Of a stretch of 64,000 bases of DNA, positions 49,505-64,000 are shown piece after piece (the first letter of the stretch is position 1; each line of letters begins with the position of its first letter). Made by a program: the position numbers and the translations under genes. Location: the NCBI RefSeq assembly GCF_009914755.1, contig NC_060937.1; one strand, given 5' to 3'. The notes beneath the pieces are model-generated. The model ran no database searches. It was not told the origin of the DNA and saw nothing but the letters and a program-made list of their open reading frames with translations. Source of the stretch: the human T2T-CHM13v2.0 reference genome, Homo sapiens.

Positions 49505-52500
49505 TCAGAGCCTGAATGTTGTGAAGCTCTTGCTCAAAGCCAGCAGTCACCTACCCACAAACTTGTTGCCATGAGAGTAAAATAATCCTGCCATTACTAT
49601 ACATGCTTTAGTCAGCTTCTCTTTTACCTGCAACTGGAGACATTCTGCATAACTATAAACAAGGTATTATTGTTTTTGAAACTTCTCACAACTATCAAAT
49701 GGGGATAATAATACTGGCAAGTTGTAGAAATTGTTCACAGCATGAAAAAAAGACAATATGCCTTAAAAAGATAAAGCTTAACACATAATAGGTGCTCAGT
49801 AAATGGTAGCTATTGTCGTCATTGGCATGGTGTCAATTGATGAATAACAAATATACTTTTAATTCCTCCTTATTCTTTCTAGAGTAATATTTCAAAAGAA
49901 AGTTCCCAGAACCTCTTATGTTAAAAGGCCTGAAATGACAATTCCTATTGGGATCTAAAAAAAGGATTTAAGGATTAATGGAGCTTCTGAAATTATATTT
50001 GAAAAATTTAAATTGCATACATGCATTAACTCAGGACAGAGTCCACTGCTTTTAATGGGTTTTTTAAAGGGGCTCGAAACTTGTTTATCCAAAAATGGGT
50101 TAATAATGAACACTTAGAAGCTTCTTGGCTTGGTAGGGTTACTGTAAGTTAGTGAATTTAGATAGGCTGCTTTTGAGGAAAAATAATATGTCAAGAAGTT
50201 CAGAAGGAAAAGAGATTTGCTTATTACAAACTTACAACCTGGGTGGTCTGATGAAAAGGAGAAGGCAGGCTGTATAAGCACAGGAGTGATGTTAGCTTTT
50301 GAAGAAACACCAAAAACACCTCTTCAAGAATTTAAAATGAGAACTTTCTCTTCAAGAAAAGACAAAAAAAAAAAGCTTCCTTCTTTAATGAATTTTGTTT
50401 CTTCAATTACAAGACAAAATTGGGAGGTGAAGACAAGACTTTCTCCTCCCTAAAATGGCATATTTGAACTTCCTTGAAAACATAATATAAACAAATACAT
50501 CGATTATATTTGATTCAATACAATGAGAACAAACTTAATTTGAATTAAATTTGCTGGGCATCATGTTTTTTTGCCTAAGGCATACATTATTCTGGCCTGA
50601 CTATTATGAATACAATAATTTAAGGTAATTTATCCTAAGCTTTAGCTATCTTTCAAAAAATATTATCAATAGATTATTTTTTTTAAAAAAAAACCCTTCT
50701 TTTGAGGAATTCATCATTCTTCCTTTTACATATTTGAGAAAAGGATACTTTTTTCAGAGGAAACTATGGAAAGAAATGATCACAATTAGAAAATGAGAGA
50801 GAAGACAAGAGATGGGAGAAGAGGATGAAGGTTAAAAAAATGACAAATCTTGGGAAATGAATCTAATCTTGTGGAGCATCTTTGAATTCGCTATTTTATT
50901 GCAACTAATAGCATTTTGATAGGATTAATTTACTTTACATGGATAAGAAAGCTACTCAGAAAATATTTTGTCCACCAATGCTAAATAAAATGAACTCAAT
51001 TTATATATGAAATTAAATGTACTTACTGAAACTTTATTATAAATTGTCAATTTGAAAAACTAGGTGGAATACTAGAAATTCTCCTGTTATATGACAGAAT
51101 TTAATCAGTTATCTGGCATGCACATTTGCCACACATTGCATTTTCTTAAACAATAGAACAACCTGTTCCCTGAACCATTTCCCTGAATGAGGCTTGTAAA
51201 AATTCCTATAATATCACTGAAGGTCATTGTCAAGTATCAGAGATTTTTTAGATTTGCCAGCAGAGATACCTAAGGAATACTAACCAACTCAGTCCTTCAA
51301 CAACAATTATCCTTATTAAATAAATGTATCAGATGAATCTTCAGCACAAAAGAAATTAGAACTACTACGGCAAATCTGCAGTGTAAATCCATGGCAGTAA
51401 CTGATTTTCGCAAGAGAATATTAATCAAGAAAAGTTTTAACTTTATCAACTCCACTAATGAAAAGACATTTTCTGTTACATATCACACAAAGCCTGATGG
51501 GGTGAAGGAGTGCAAGCCTTAAGCCTCTAGATTTTAGCTGATGTATTACTTCTCCAAATTCACAATGCTTTTGAAGTGCCTCAGATCTTAAATCAAGGAA
51601 CCTGCACTACAAAGAAGAGAGTTGCAGTGAAATTAACTTTTTCCTATCCTTGTATATGGTATTATTTTTCTTGTTTTAATACCTTAACATGAAAGATGTG
51701 TAATACCGACAGAGGCAGTCATTTTATATAAAAGACTGGAATAGCTAATTTAGTGAGCAAATAAATGGTGGCACAAATCCTCCTGCTCCTTTAACCCATC
51801 ATCAGGCATTTTAATCAAGCTAGTCTGTTCCCAAGAGAGAATCTCATTGCAGTTGCAATTATTTTCTTTAATGTTGATGCCCCAAAGACAGCAGAACAAG
51901 CATATTGCCAAAATTCAGTTTTAAAATGAACAAAATTTCAAGATGACATATTCTCTCCTCTTGTTCTACTACTGTTTCGCGTTTCTCTTAATCTTAGTAA
52001 GCATCTTCATCAGTGAAATTCAAATGCTAAAACTGCCCACCTCATAAGTTTACTGTGTTTCTTAGATGAGACAGTGTATGTAAATCAGTCAGTATTCAGT
52101 GCCTGACATACAGCAAGTGCACAATACACATTAGTTTTGGGTTTTTTAGCACTCACATTTTACAGATGACACATTTGTTTTTACTATTGTTATTTTCTTG
52201 CCAGAATTTTCGAGGGAAAAAAATAATTATCTTTGCAATTTTCCACTGTGATCACAGTTTTAATTTATATGCTTTGAAAGATAAACTAAGCAATAAGAAG
52301 AGAAAATATGTTATGTCTTCATGTATCTATAAAATACATTTTGTTTGTGCTAAAGTTCATGGAAGATTGAATTCAAGAAGTGTTAGGGTGCTTTTGATTG
52401 CTTCTAATATCCGAGATGGCAGAACGGGTACAATATTAAGGATTGCTTCTCTATGCCAGTGCAAATTTTTCTTACTGCATCCTTATCTTCTCTGTCACTC

Positions 52501-53405
52501 ACAACCACTGGCTCAGGGAGGATTTGGCAGGTGGTTGACAAATGGAAGTTCTGGCTTCTTAGGGCAATTTCTGGAAAGTCCCCAGAAATGATATCAGATT
52601 GACACAGTAATGCATGTAATGCAGTAAATGGAGGAAGATGCCAGGGTGGCCATTGAGGGAAGTCAAAAAGAAGAGGGAAATGAGACAGAATACATGGGAA
52701 GTTCATAATACAAGTGATCAACACATATTTAACAATCACTTATTACTTGCTAATTACTCTACAGCACATAGTGATATCTAGTATGTGGAACTAGAGGTGA
52801 AAATGAGCAAAATGCTTGTCCTTAAGAAGCTTTGAAATGACTGGTGTAAAAATAAGCACATGTATGTAAAACTAAACAGTGAAATACACTGTGTAGGTTC
52901 TAACAGACAGTTTTTGTCAAATTTATTAAGAGATATGGAATATGAAAAGGAGCAAGTTGCATTTTGTGGGAGAGTGGAAAAGGGTGATATTTGAGCAAAA
53001 GATTAAAAGTTAAACAAGAAGTGAAAGACTATTCCAGTGAGAGGAGCTAGATGAGTAGAGTGAATCTGGACATGGTGTATGTATTTGTGACTGGAAATTA
53101 CATCAGGGAGCCAAGCTGGGGTCCAGCATTTTAAAGCCCCCAGTTTCATGCTAATATACCAGGCTTTCATCCAGTGACAGTGGGGGACTACTGGAAATGG
53201 TTTACAAGGAAGTGGTATGGTTGCATACTTGTTTTGAAAAAATTACTCAGGCAGCTGTGAGGAGAAATTTAAAAAGGACAATGCTTGAGGCAAGAAAGCA
53301 TCCAGCATCGGACTATAATGGTCCAAGGGAGAAACATGTGTGCCTGAGCTTGGGACGGGGATGTATCTGAGAGCCACATAGGATGAGATAAGAAGAAACA
53401 AATGG

Positions 53406-53696
53406 GGCCAGGTGTGGTGGCTCACACCTGTAATCCCAGCACTTTGGGAGGCCGAGGTGGGTGGGTCACCTTAGGTCAGGAGTTTGAGACCAGCCTGACC
53501 AATATGGTGAAACCCCATCTCTACCAAAAATACAAAAATTAGCCAGGCATGGTGGAAGGCACCTGTAGTCCTAGCTACTCAGGAGGCTGAGACAGTAGAA
53601 TTGCTTGAACCTGGCAGGTGGAAGCTGCAGTGAGCTGAGATTGCACTGCTTCCGTCCAGCCTGGGCAACAGAGTGAGACTCTGTCAAAAAAAAAAA
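53406..53696 (+). mobile_element. AluS (Sx-like)
   Basis: Full dimer; TSD aagaagaaacaaat. Confidence 0.93.
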
Positions 53697-54014
53697 GAAG
53701 AAACAAATAGGTTCAATGGGGATGCAGAGTCAGGCCCAAACTAACAGAGACAGCAAAGCCAGATTAGCTTGTTAGACACAGTAACAATGAATGAGACACA
53801 TATAAAATAATTGAGAAGCATTTCAAAAAAGGGAATATCTTTTATTTTATGAAGTAGCTTAAACGTGCATACTGCCCTCTCCCTTTTGTTTTTGATTTTT
53901 TTCTTTCAGCAAGTGCTAGCTATACACTCTTAAGTATTAATAATTCTGCCATCGCCTTTTTTTTTTTTTTTTGCAAAATTACCTATCTCCCATCATGTGC
54001 TAAACACCGTACAA

Positions 54015-54412
54015 AGAGTTTTATGTCTATTAGTGACTGGGCTATGCAGTGCCCAGACATTCGGTAAAACATTATTCTGGCTGTGTCTGTGAGTGTGTTT
54101 TTGAACAAGATTAACATTTGAATCAGTAGACTGGATAAAGCAGATTGTCCTCCCTAATATGGGTGGCTTTCCTACAATCAATCAAAGACCTAAATAGAAC
54201 CAAAAGTCCATAAAAGAAAGAACATCTGCCTGATTGGTTGACCTGGAACATCAGTCTTTTGCTGCCCTCAAATTAGAACTATAGCATCAGCTCTTCTGGA
54301 TCTCTAGCTTGTGGACTAGAGATCTTGGGACTTCTGGGCCTCTGTAATCATGTGAGCCAATTCCTTTTAATAAATCTCTTACTTCTGTTTCTCAAGAGAA
54401 CCATGCCTAACA
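54015..54412 (+). mobile_element. MLT2-family ERVL LTR
   Basis: gtgcccagacattcggtaaaacattattctgg...attaacatttgaatcagtagactggataaagcagattg. Confidence 0.82.
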
Positions 54413-54903
54413 TGATTACAACGATCTAGTCCCTGTAAAAATATTTTAAGAAAAGACCTGGCATCCTGATTTTAAGATGAAGAAAGTGAAGTATAGAAGG
54501 ACTGAGGAATTCATCCAAGGACACACAAGGGTGGAGTCCAAATTCAAACACAAGCACTCAAACAAAGCTCCAGAGTCTCTGCTCTACTACTACAAAATGT
54601 TGCACCCAATGCCCTTGCAGGTATACATTTAACAACAGAGAGGAAGAGGCGCAGCATTAGCTATTGATGACATAATTATGTAAATAACTATTTAAAGTTG
54701 TGACAAGCTCCACAAAAAGATATAAGACCATATAAGTGTGGGGAGTCTTGCCTGTTCTGGGGTTCAGGAAATGCTCCTTGAAGTCCTATTTTAGAGAGAA
54801 CTAAAAGGACACTGAAACAATATGTCTAAAGACGCCAGAAGGGAAGGCCCATGTGGCTGATGTTAGTCGAGAAGTGAGGGGCATGTAACAGAAGTCTGGA
54901 TGA

Positions 54904-55209
<306 letters not shown>

Positions 55210-56109
55210 GGTTGGATGAATAGCCCAAAGGCAGGTGACACTTGTACAGAGTTTTTATTTCTTGCTAATATCAATATGAGGTAATTGAGATGACTTAAGG
55301 GATGCAGATATTGTAATAGGACTATTTGCATTTGGAAAAGCTTTCAGCTCCAGAGAGACCTGGATGAGAGTGGGGTAAGTGGGTTTAGAGAAGGGTGCTT
55401 TAGGAGCCATGGCTGTGGTTGAAGTGAGAGATCACACAGGGGCTTCCAGCAGTGCTCCTCAATCTGCAGTGGGAATGTCTGTCCAGGTTTTGGGTTGTTT
55501 TGTTTTGTTTTTAAAATTCATTCCAGACCAAGTGAAAGACTTGAAAAATATTACATGCTTAAACATCTCTCAACATCAAATTTCTATAAAAATTTGTAAA
55601 TGCTTACTTTATATTTTGATAATTCATTGCCCCAAAACAACAACAGCAACAACAACAGTTTATAGGCTAGCATTAGCCCATGGATCACTATTTGAGTAGT
55701 AGACTAGATGGTTGCACTATTACATATTAAAATAAATCTACATGTTATTTACATAATATTTACATATTAAAATGGATTCTACTTAATAATTAGATTGAAG
55801 GGTTTGTATTGAGACAGAGGAAACTGGCAAGAATGACAATTAGATTTTTGGCATGAGCTATTGAATAAATTACAGAGTTCTTTACTGAAAAGAGAAAATT
55901 GGAGGGAAAGCATGTTTGGGCAGATGTAGAAGGTGTAGATGTAAAGAAAAAAGAATGTATTCAGGGTAGGAGTATTGATTTTGCAATGACTCTGAAGATT
56001 TTGAGTAGGCAGTAGACTATATGAGTTTAGAATCCAAAACACTGATATTAACAAATAATACCAATAGTAATGAATAATAAATATTAATAATGAATATTTG
56101 TGAATAACA

Positions 56110-57445
56110 CATAGCCCAGAAATAAGGCCACAAACGTATGCCCATTTGACCTTCAACAAAGCTGACAAAAACAAGCAATAGAGAAAGGACCCCTTATTCA
56201 ATAAATGGTGCTGGGAGAACTGACTAGCCATACGCAGAAGATTGAAACTGGACCCCTTCCTTATACCATATACAAAAATCAACTCAAGATGGATTAAAGA
56301 CTTAAATGTAAAACCCAAAACTATAGAAACCCTGGAAGACAACCTAGGCAATACCATTTCAGACATAGGAACAGATAAAAGATTTCATGACAAAGGCACC
56401 AAAAGCAATAACAAAAGCAAAAATTGACAAATGGGATCTAATTAAACTTAAGAGCTTCTGCACAGCAAAAGAAACTATCAACAGAATAAACTGACAATCT
56501 ATAGAATGGGAGAAAATGTTTGCAAACTATATATCTGACAAAGGTCTGATATCCAGCATCTATAAGCAACTTAAACAAATTTATAAGAACAAAACAAACC
56601 CCATTAAAAAGTGGCCAAAGGGCATTAACAGACACTTTTCAAAACACACATGCAGCCAATAAGGATATGAAAAAAATCTCAATATCACTGATCATTGGAG
56701 AAATGCAAGTCAAAATCACAATGAGATACCATTTCACAACAGTCAGAATGGCTACTATTAAAAAGTCAAAAAATAACAGATGTTGGTGAGGTTTCAGAGA
56801 AAAGGGAATGCTTATACACTCTTGATGGGAGCGTAAATTAGTTCAACCATTGTGGAAAGGAGTGTGGCAATTCCTCAAAGAGCTAAAAACAGAACTACCG
56901 TTCGACCCAGCAATCCCATTCTTGTGATACACCCTGAGAAATATAAATCATTCTACCATAAACACATATGCATGCAAATGTTCATTGCAGCACTATTCAC
57001 AATAGCACAGACATGGAATCAACCTAAATGCCAATCAATGACAGATTAGATAAAGAAAATGTACATATACACCATGGAAGCTATGCAGCCATAAAGAAGA
57101 ATGATATCATGTCTTTTGTGGGAACATGGATGGAGCTGGAGGCCATTATGCTTAGCAAACTAATGCAGGAACAGAAAACTAAATACTGCACATTCTCACT
57201 TATAAGAGGGAGCTAAATGATGAGAAGACATGGACACATAGAGGAGAATAATAAACACTGGGGCTTCCTTGAGGGTGGAGAGTGGGAGAAGGAAGAGGAA
57301 CAGAAAAATAACTATTGGGTACTAGGCTTAGTACCTAGGTGATGAAATAATCTGTACAACAAACCCCCATGACACAAGTTTACCCATATAATAAACCTGC
57401 ACATGTACCCCTGAACCTATAATACAAGTTAAAAAATAAAATAAT
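56110..57445 (+). mobile_element. L1PA15/16-type LINE-1 3' portion
   Basis: Decayed ORF2 ([26 protein letters not shown]); 3'UTR ctattgggtactaggcttagtacct...aacctgcacatgtacccctgaac. Confidence 0.9.
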
Positions 57446-57508
57446 ACCTCTGTACGTATGATAATTATCTAAGAAATGTAAACATTTAATTCTTACCACA
57501 TCTTATGA

Positions 57509-57833
<325 letters not shown>

Positions 57834-58777
57834 TCACAGATGAAAAAACTGAGGTACAAGCAAGATGAATAATTTATTTACTCAGAGTCACACAGCTGAG
57901 AAGCAGATGCCCAGAAGGAGAAAGAGAGGCAGCCGGAATCCTACACACTATTTTGCCTCCAGAAGAAGCATGTAAATAAAAAATATAAATTTAGGTTATG
58001 AGGTTAGGTTTTCAAAGAGCTCTGTTTTAGCTTATGGGCAAATTGCATAAGCTATAACATTTTGTTGTTGTTGTTGAGTTCTGGGGTTTCCAGTCTTTAG
58101 AAATGAAGATTAGTCAGACATGACCAAGGAGCCAGCTTCATAACATTTACCACTCCTTCTTATTTTTGGAACAGATAATTATATACTTCAAAGATGAAAT
58201 TTTGAAGAAAGTAAATCAGAAATAACATTCTTTTTCAATTGCATAGCATCATATTCACTCTTGATCTGTTTTATGAACATGTAAGTGTTGCTGAAGAAAA
58301 GTATTATTAGACCTAGATTAGCTTAACTATGTCACTTTACAATATGCAACAGTAGGTTGCTCTTAGTTAATAAGTAGGAAGGGGAATTTATAGCAATTAT
58401 CAATAGATACTGCAGGTGGTAGCAGATTCAGATGTGGGCTGTCAAAATCAATGCTTAAGCAATACCAGATAGGACCAGCCTAGGGGAGAGCCGATGTACA
58501 AGGTCCCAGATAGGCTGGGGGTCCAAACTAAAGTCCAAAGACAGGGGACCTTGACTCTAGGCATAGACCAGCATGGATATGAGTCCAGAAGATCATCCTG
58601 AAATCCTTTCAAGAAAACTGGAGGCCGTATGGGTGCACCATAACCTGAAGCTTAAAAGAATTCAATATATGATATATCAATCCAACAAAAAAACAGCATC
58701 TGGGTGATCCAAATAGCAGGCAGTCATGCTAAAAACAAACAAGCAAACAATAAGTAAGAATGGGATATGTCAAGGGG

Positions 58778-59082
<305 letters not shown>

Positions 59083-60446
59083 CAGGGGATGTTTTTTAAT
59101 CACTTTAGAAAGGCAGTAGTTCCCAACACAGACTTTGTAATCAAAGAGCCTGGATTGAAGACCCACTTGGCCAGTATTTAACCCTGGACAACTTATTCAA
59201 GTTCTGTAAACTTTACGTTCTTCTTCATAGGATTTGTAGACGAATAACAAACCAATGTTTATGAAGTGTTTAACACGATAGCTGGGTTGTGCTGAATAAT
59301 CAGGAAATGTTAATTAGGGTGATGAACACCATAACGATGATGATAGGATAAGGTAGGCACCCTGCTTCTGAAAAATATTGCATGGTTTAACAGATAGATA
59401 GTATAGATACAAATATATCCTACTTTTCTTCAGTCTTTTTGACCAGAATTTTTTTAATCTTTGGATAATAAAATGAAAGTAAAAGTTGGTAATGTAAGAC
59501 TATCTTTTTCAAATGAGTCTAGCTGTAGAGAAATTACTGAGCCAAGCCCGAAAGGGAGAGTGCGGTAGGATTTTCTGTCCTTTTATTTGGTAGGATGCAA
59601 CATATTAATAATTGACACTGTAGTATCTCAGGCTTGGTAGCCTATGTGCATTCGGTAATCCCCAAGTCCCCAATCTTTACCCTCACCCCAAAGCTGTATC
59701 ATTTCCCTAAATACTCTGTGTTGAGTCCATAAGAACACCTAGGCTTTTATCCTATTTTCTGTTTGGTGCTCCAGTATCTGGAGTTAACCCCAGGTTTCTA
59801 GCAGTGATTTGCTTAGAATTACTATTAATCACCTACCTACTTTGCAGGGTAAACTGTGGATATGGAAAGAATTAACCTGTATGGAATGAAGTGTGGGACC
59901 TGCCAAAAATGTGAGAAAATAAGACAGTTGCAGGCCACACGAGGTGAATTTCACAACTGACACTGCAAGTCCATGTTGCAGTAGAGCTCTGGTGAATGGA
60001 ATATGGAAAAAATTATTTCAGAGTATTGAGGACAGACAATAATACTGGCACCCAGCAGGACTAGCTCAGCAAGCCATCGGGGATTGAAAGGGGACCCTGA
60101 AAAGGGATAGAAAAGCTGGAATGCTCGTGTTGCTTCTAAAAATAATTTGTGAATATTTTAGCCAATTTGTGAAAAGAGTCTGACACTTCTAAGCCCATTT
60201 AGAGTATAAGAGAGAGACACTAATTCTGAATCTTTTCTGGACTCTGCATGGAGCTTAAGATTTACTAGTCAGCTAATTTCCATATAGAGACAATACAAGG
60301 ACAGCAAAACCTGAAAATTTATTGTTACACACATAAAGTGTTGAAATTGATAAAAAGGGTGTCAGCTATGATTTTGGCTAGCTATGCTCTAACTTTTTTG
60401 TACACACACACCCTCACTCTTGCACACTCACACATATGGATACATT

Positions 60447-60502
60447 GTCTCTCTTTTTTCTCTCTCTCTTTCTTTCTCTCTCTTTCTCACACACACACAC
60501 AC
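60447..60502. repeat. (TC)n(CA)n compound microsatellite
   Basis: Directly visible. Confidence 0.85.
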
Positions 60503-60877
60503 TTTCTACATATTTATGATGATTCAGATAAAATGTGAGGTCATTATATCCTGTCTCTGGGCTGTCTCCCTTTAAGTGTCAGCCCCAGAAATAAATCAAG
60601 TTTCTTATGATAAATTAGATCAGAATAATCTTTTTTGTCAAGTTAGTAAAAATGTGATTTAAAAAATGTGATAGGCCTAGTACATCAGTGTTTAGAGAGG
60701 CAATGAACAAGATATTCATGTAGAATGGGAATGAAGACGGGACAAAATGATAAAAGCTCTGTGAAAGAAAAACGCAAATGAATTAATACTACCTGGTTTA
60801 ACAGCATACTCAGAGAATGATAATTACAGAGAACATCACTTAGTTTAGGAATCTGACGGAAAGAACTCAAGGTATGA

Positions 60878-61222
60878 CTTCTTAGTTTGTTTGCACTGCA
60901 GTAACAAAATGCCTGAGATTAGGTTATTCATGAGAAAAGAAATGCATTTCTTCCAGTTCCAGAGTCTGGGACGTCTACGGTCAAGTCACCAGCAAATTTG
61001 GTGTCTGGTGAGGGCCTTGTTGCTCAGTCCTTACATGGCAGAAGGGTGGAAGGACAAAAGGCTCTAGCGTGCTCTCTTCAACCCCTTATATAAGAGCTCT
61101 TATTCCCGTTCTGCCCTCATAAATTAACCACCTCCTGAAGGTTCCCACTTTTAAATACCATCACCTTGGTGATTAGCTTTCAACATGTGAATTTTGGAGG
61201 GACACCCACGTTCAAACCAAGC
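60878..61222 (-). mobile_element. MLT1A-type MaLR solo LTR
   Basis: tcttagtttg...gtaacaaaatgcctgag...caacatgtgaattttggagggacac...ttcaaaccaagca; 5-bp TSD tatga. Confidence 0.82.
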
Positions 61223-62815
61223 ATATGATCTGTGATATTTATTTGTTTTAAAATTGCAGACAACTTACTTAACTTTTCTAAGCCTCTGTTTCCTCAACTG
61301 TATAATAGGGATAATAAAAGTAATAATGAAAACTTTCTTCATATGGTGTTCCTGAAGTTTAAATAAAAAAAAAAAAATCCTTTGAAGTCCTTAGCACAGA
61401 CGTTTTTTTAAAAAGAGCATTGCTTTCCAAAGAGAAATGCATCATCTTCAAAAGATGTGCATTCCCCATAATAGATTGCATAGTTCAGAAGTCCTTTTCA
61501 TGGGGATGATACAGAAAAGAGTCAAATATCAGATAGGTGGTTGGATGAAATGACCTTAATATCCCTTACCTATGATACTATCATTTTATGCCGAAATTAT
61601 TTGGCAGTTGGGATTCGAGGGATCTTTTGGCAGATTTCAAGCGTCCTCCACTGGGTAGTAAAAGGCTAGGAGGGTTGCACAATGGAGCAGTTAGAAAGTC
61701 TTCCCATTCAAGTAAGAAACACCTCCACTAAAACTGGCTCAATTAATGAGAAAATATAATGATTTCAATCATAACAGTCCAATAATAAGATCAGTTGATT
61801 TAGGGCTTCAGAGATAACATCTAGGTATTTTCTTATTGCTACTTCTACCTTCAGGGTCAACTTCATCCAAAAGTGGGTTTTCTTCATGGTCCTACAATGG
61901 CTGCCAGCAACAAGTGGGGAATATGGTTTTCATTCACCTGAGCTTCTTCCTCTAACTGTCCTTCCCTTCAGTCCAGTTGAGCCATCCAAGGGTGGCTTAC
62001 CTTCAGGAGATTAACAGTTGCCATAGGATTTCAAGGCACTGACTGGCCTACACCAGTGAACAGAATCACCGTTGTGGGAAATGTATGACTATGAGAGGCA
62101 GAAGTCAAGACCTAAACCAAGCACATGTCTTTAGAAAGGAAAAAGAAATCAGTGAATCCTGCCTAGGCAACCAGGCTTATTGTAGGTAATTACTTCAGAA
62201 TTAAGAGATTAGGTAAAAGATAATCAATGCATTCCCTAAGACTAGGTGATCTAGATCTATAGAATAAGATCAGGGCAGGAAAAGAATTGATCAAGTTCAG
62301 AAGGAAGCAGGGGGCCATTACCCAGATATTTGAATAATTTCCTTCCATCCTAATAATATTTACATAAAAGTGAAAAGATTAAGGAAAGCTGTAAAGAAAT
62401 AATGCAAGTTAAATAGTAATAGGCACTTAATAGATCATTTTTCAGTATGTATGATATAATAGGAAAACATTTTTCTGAGTACTCACTTTGTGATAGTGCT
62501 GAACATCCTGTATAAATTATTTCATCAACAGATAATTTTGGCTAAATGAGTGAAAAATGAATGAACCAATATGTTAATGAGAGACACCTATCTAAAGGAA
62601 AAGCCACAAAATCATACCTCTTTCAGGTTTTGCTTTTTTATATGATTGGTTAAAGAGGTTGTTAAAAATTAATTTGAATGTGAACCAGGCTGTGGAGAAG
62701 CCAAACACAGAAGTCATGTCTCAGTTTGACAAAAACACAACTTTACTGAAACCGAGATGAAGAGTTAGAGGAATCAGTGATAATTTGGAGGTAGCAAACA
62801 TAATAATGCCCTATA

Positions 62816-63115
<300 letters not shown>

Positions 63116-64000
63116 AAAATGCCCTATAATATTTTATAATAGCCCTCCACAAAACAAAACCTTTCAGACCAGTTTTCATGGTGGTTAAAACCAAATAACA
63201 AAAAACTCACAAGAAAAGTTTTATTAAAATACATGAATGTTTTTCTCCTTGGAAAAGTCAACAAGGTTTTGCAATAGAACCTCAAAAATTCTCAATGTCT
63301 GGGTCCCTATTTTCTAGATTTGTACTTAAATCTACCATATAACTATTATGTTCTTTTGTTATTAATATGGAATTTTATTAATTATAATTATACCAAGTTT
63401 GGTAAAATAAAAGCAAAACATCAAATGAAGGTCGGATGCATATTACATATAGCTAACACCAATGGGCTCTGAATTTTTTGTTTCCCACAGCCTCCATTCT
63501 GCCAGCTCTGGGGTTCTATTGCCATTTCTTGCCAAATTATATTTGCTCTCTGTCAATGTCCACTGGCAGTCTGACAAAGTGCTGAATCTGCAGAAACCAT
63601 GGCATGCTGTGCAACAGCTCCCATAGCAGATTTTTGACAGATTTTCTTCCCCTGCAGTAATAAGGCTTGTGCTACATTTTGTGAACAGGGACATAGATTA
63701 GTTAATATTTCTAAAGCATTTTGAAGATGAAAAGTGCCACATACATACTGATTTTTACTAATAATTTCTCTTGCTGTAAGGATCAAAATAAGCTCAGAAA
63801 CATATTAAGCCCTACTCACAGAAGCATTAACACTTTGCTAAGATTGTCAGAATGCCCGACAAAGACAAAACATTGCATTTGCCTTCACATTTGACAACAT
63901 TTGATAAAACTGACAAATCAATGCTCTGGAAAAAAACCTCAGCATTTATCACAGTCATAATTAATTTGAATCATGGATAAAGTGGTAACAGAGATTCTGT

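Overview
AT-rich, repeat-dense genomic DNA from a great ape, most likely human (AluY and an L1PA2-type L1 are present). It contains no intact host protein-coding gene that I can recognise; almost all ORFs in the track come from L1 or Alu or arise by chance. Well-supported content: an HMGN2 processed pseudogene split by a THE1 LTR, a 5'-truncated young L1 with target site duplication (TSD), several older L1s, 13 Alus, many solo LTRs (LTR8, LTR12, THE1, MST, MLT1, MLT2, MER21), DNA-transposon MITEs and microsatellites. The most unusual signals are: (1) a solo LTR at 9967-10436 almost emptied of C on the + strand, consistent with massive APOBEC3-type G-to-A hyperediting; (2) a near-perfect 55-bp-arm hairpin at 14830-14954 with template-switch scars, inside a CpG-retaining patch; (3) a tail-less internal L1 fragment flanked by an 11-bp direct repeat and carrying several templated rearrangements; (4) weak evidence for a decayed multi-exon gene on the minus strand. 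Repeat subfamily names come from my recollection of consensus sequences, not from a search.
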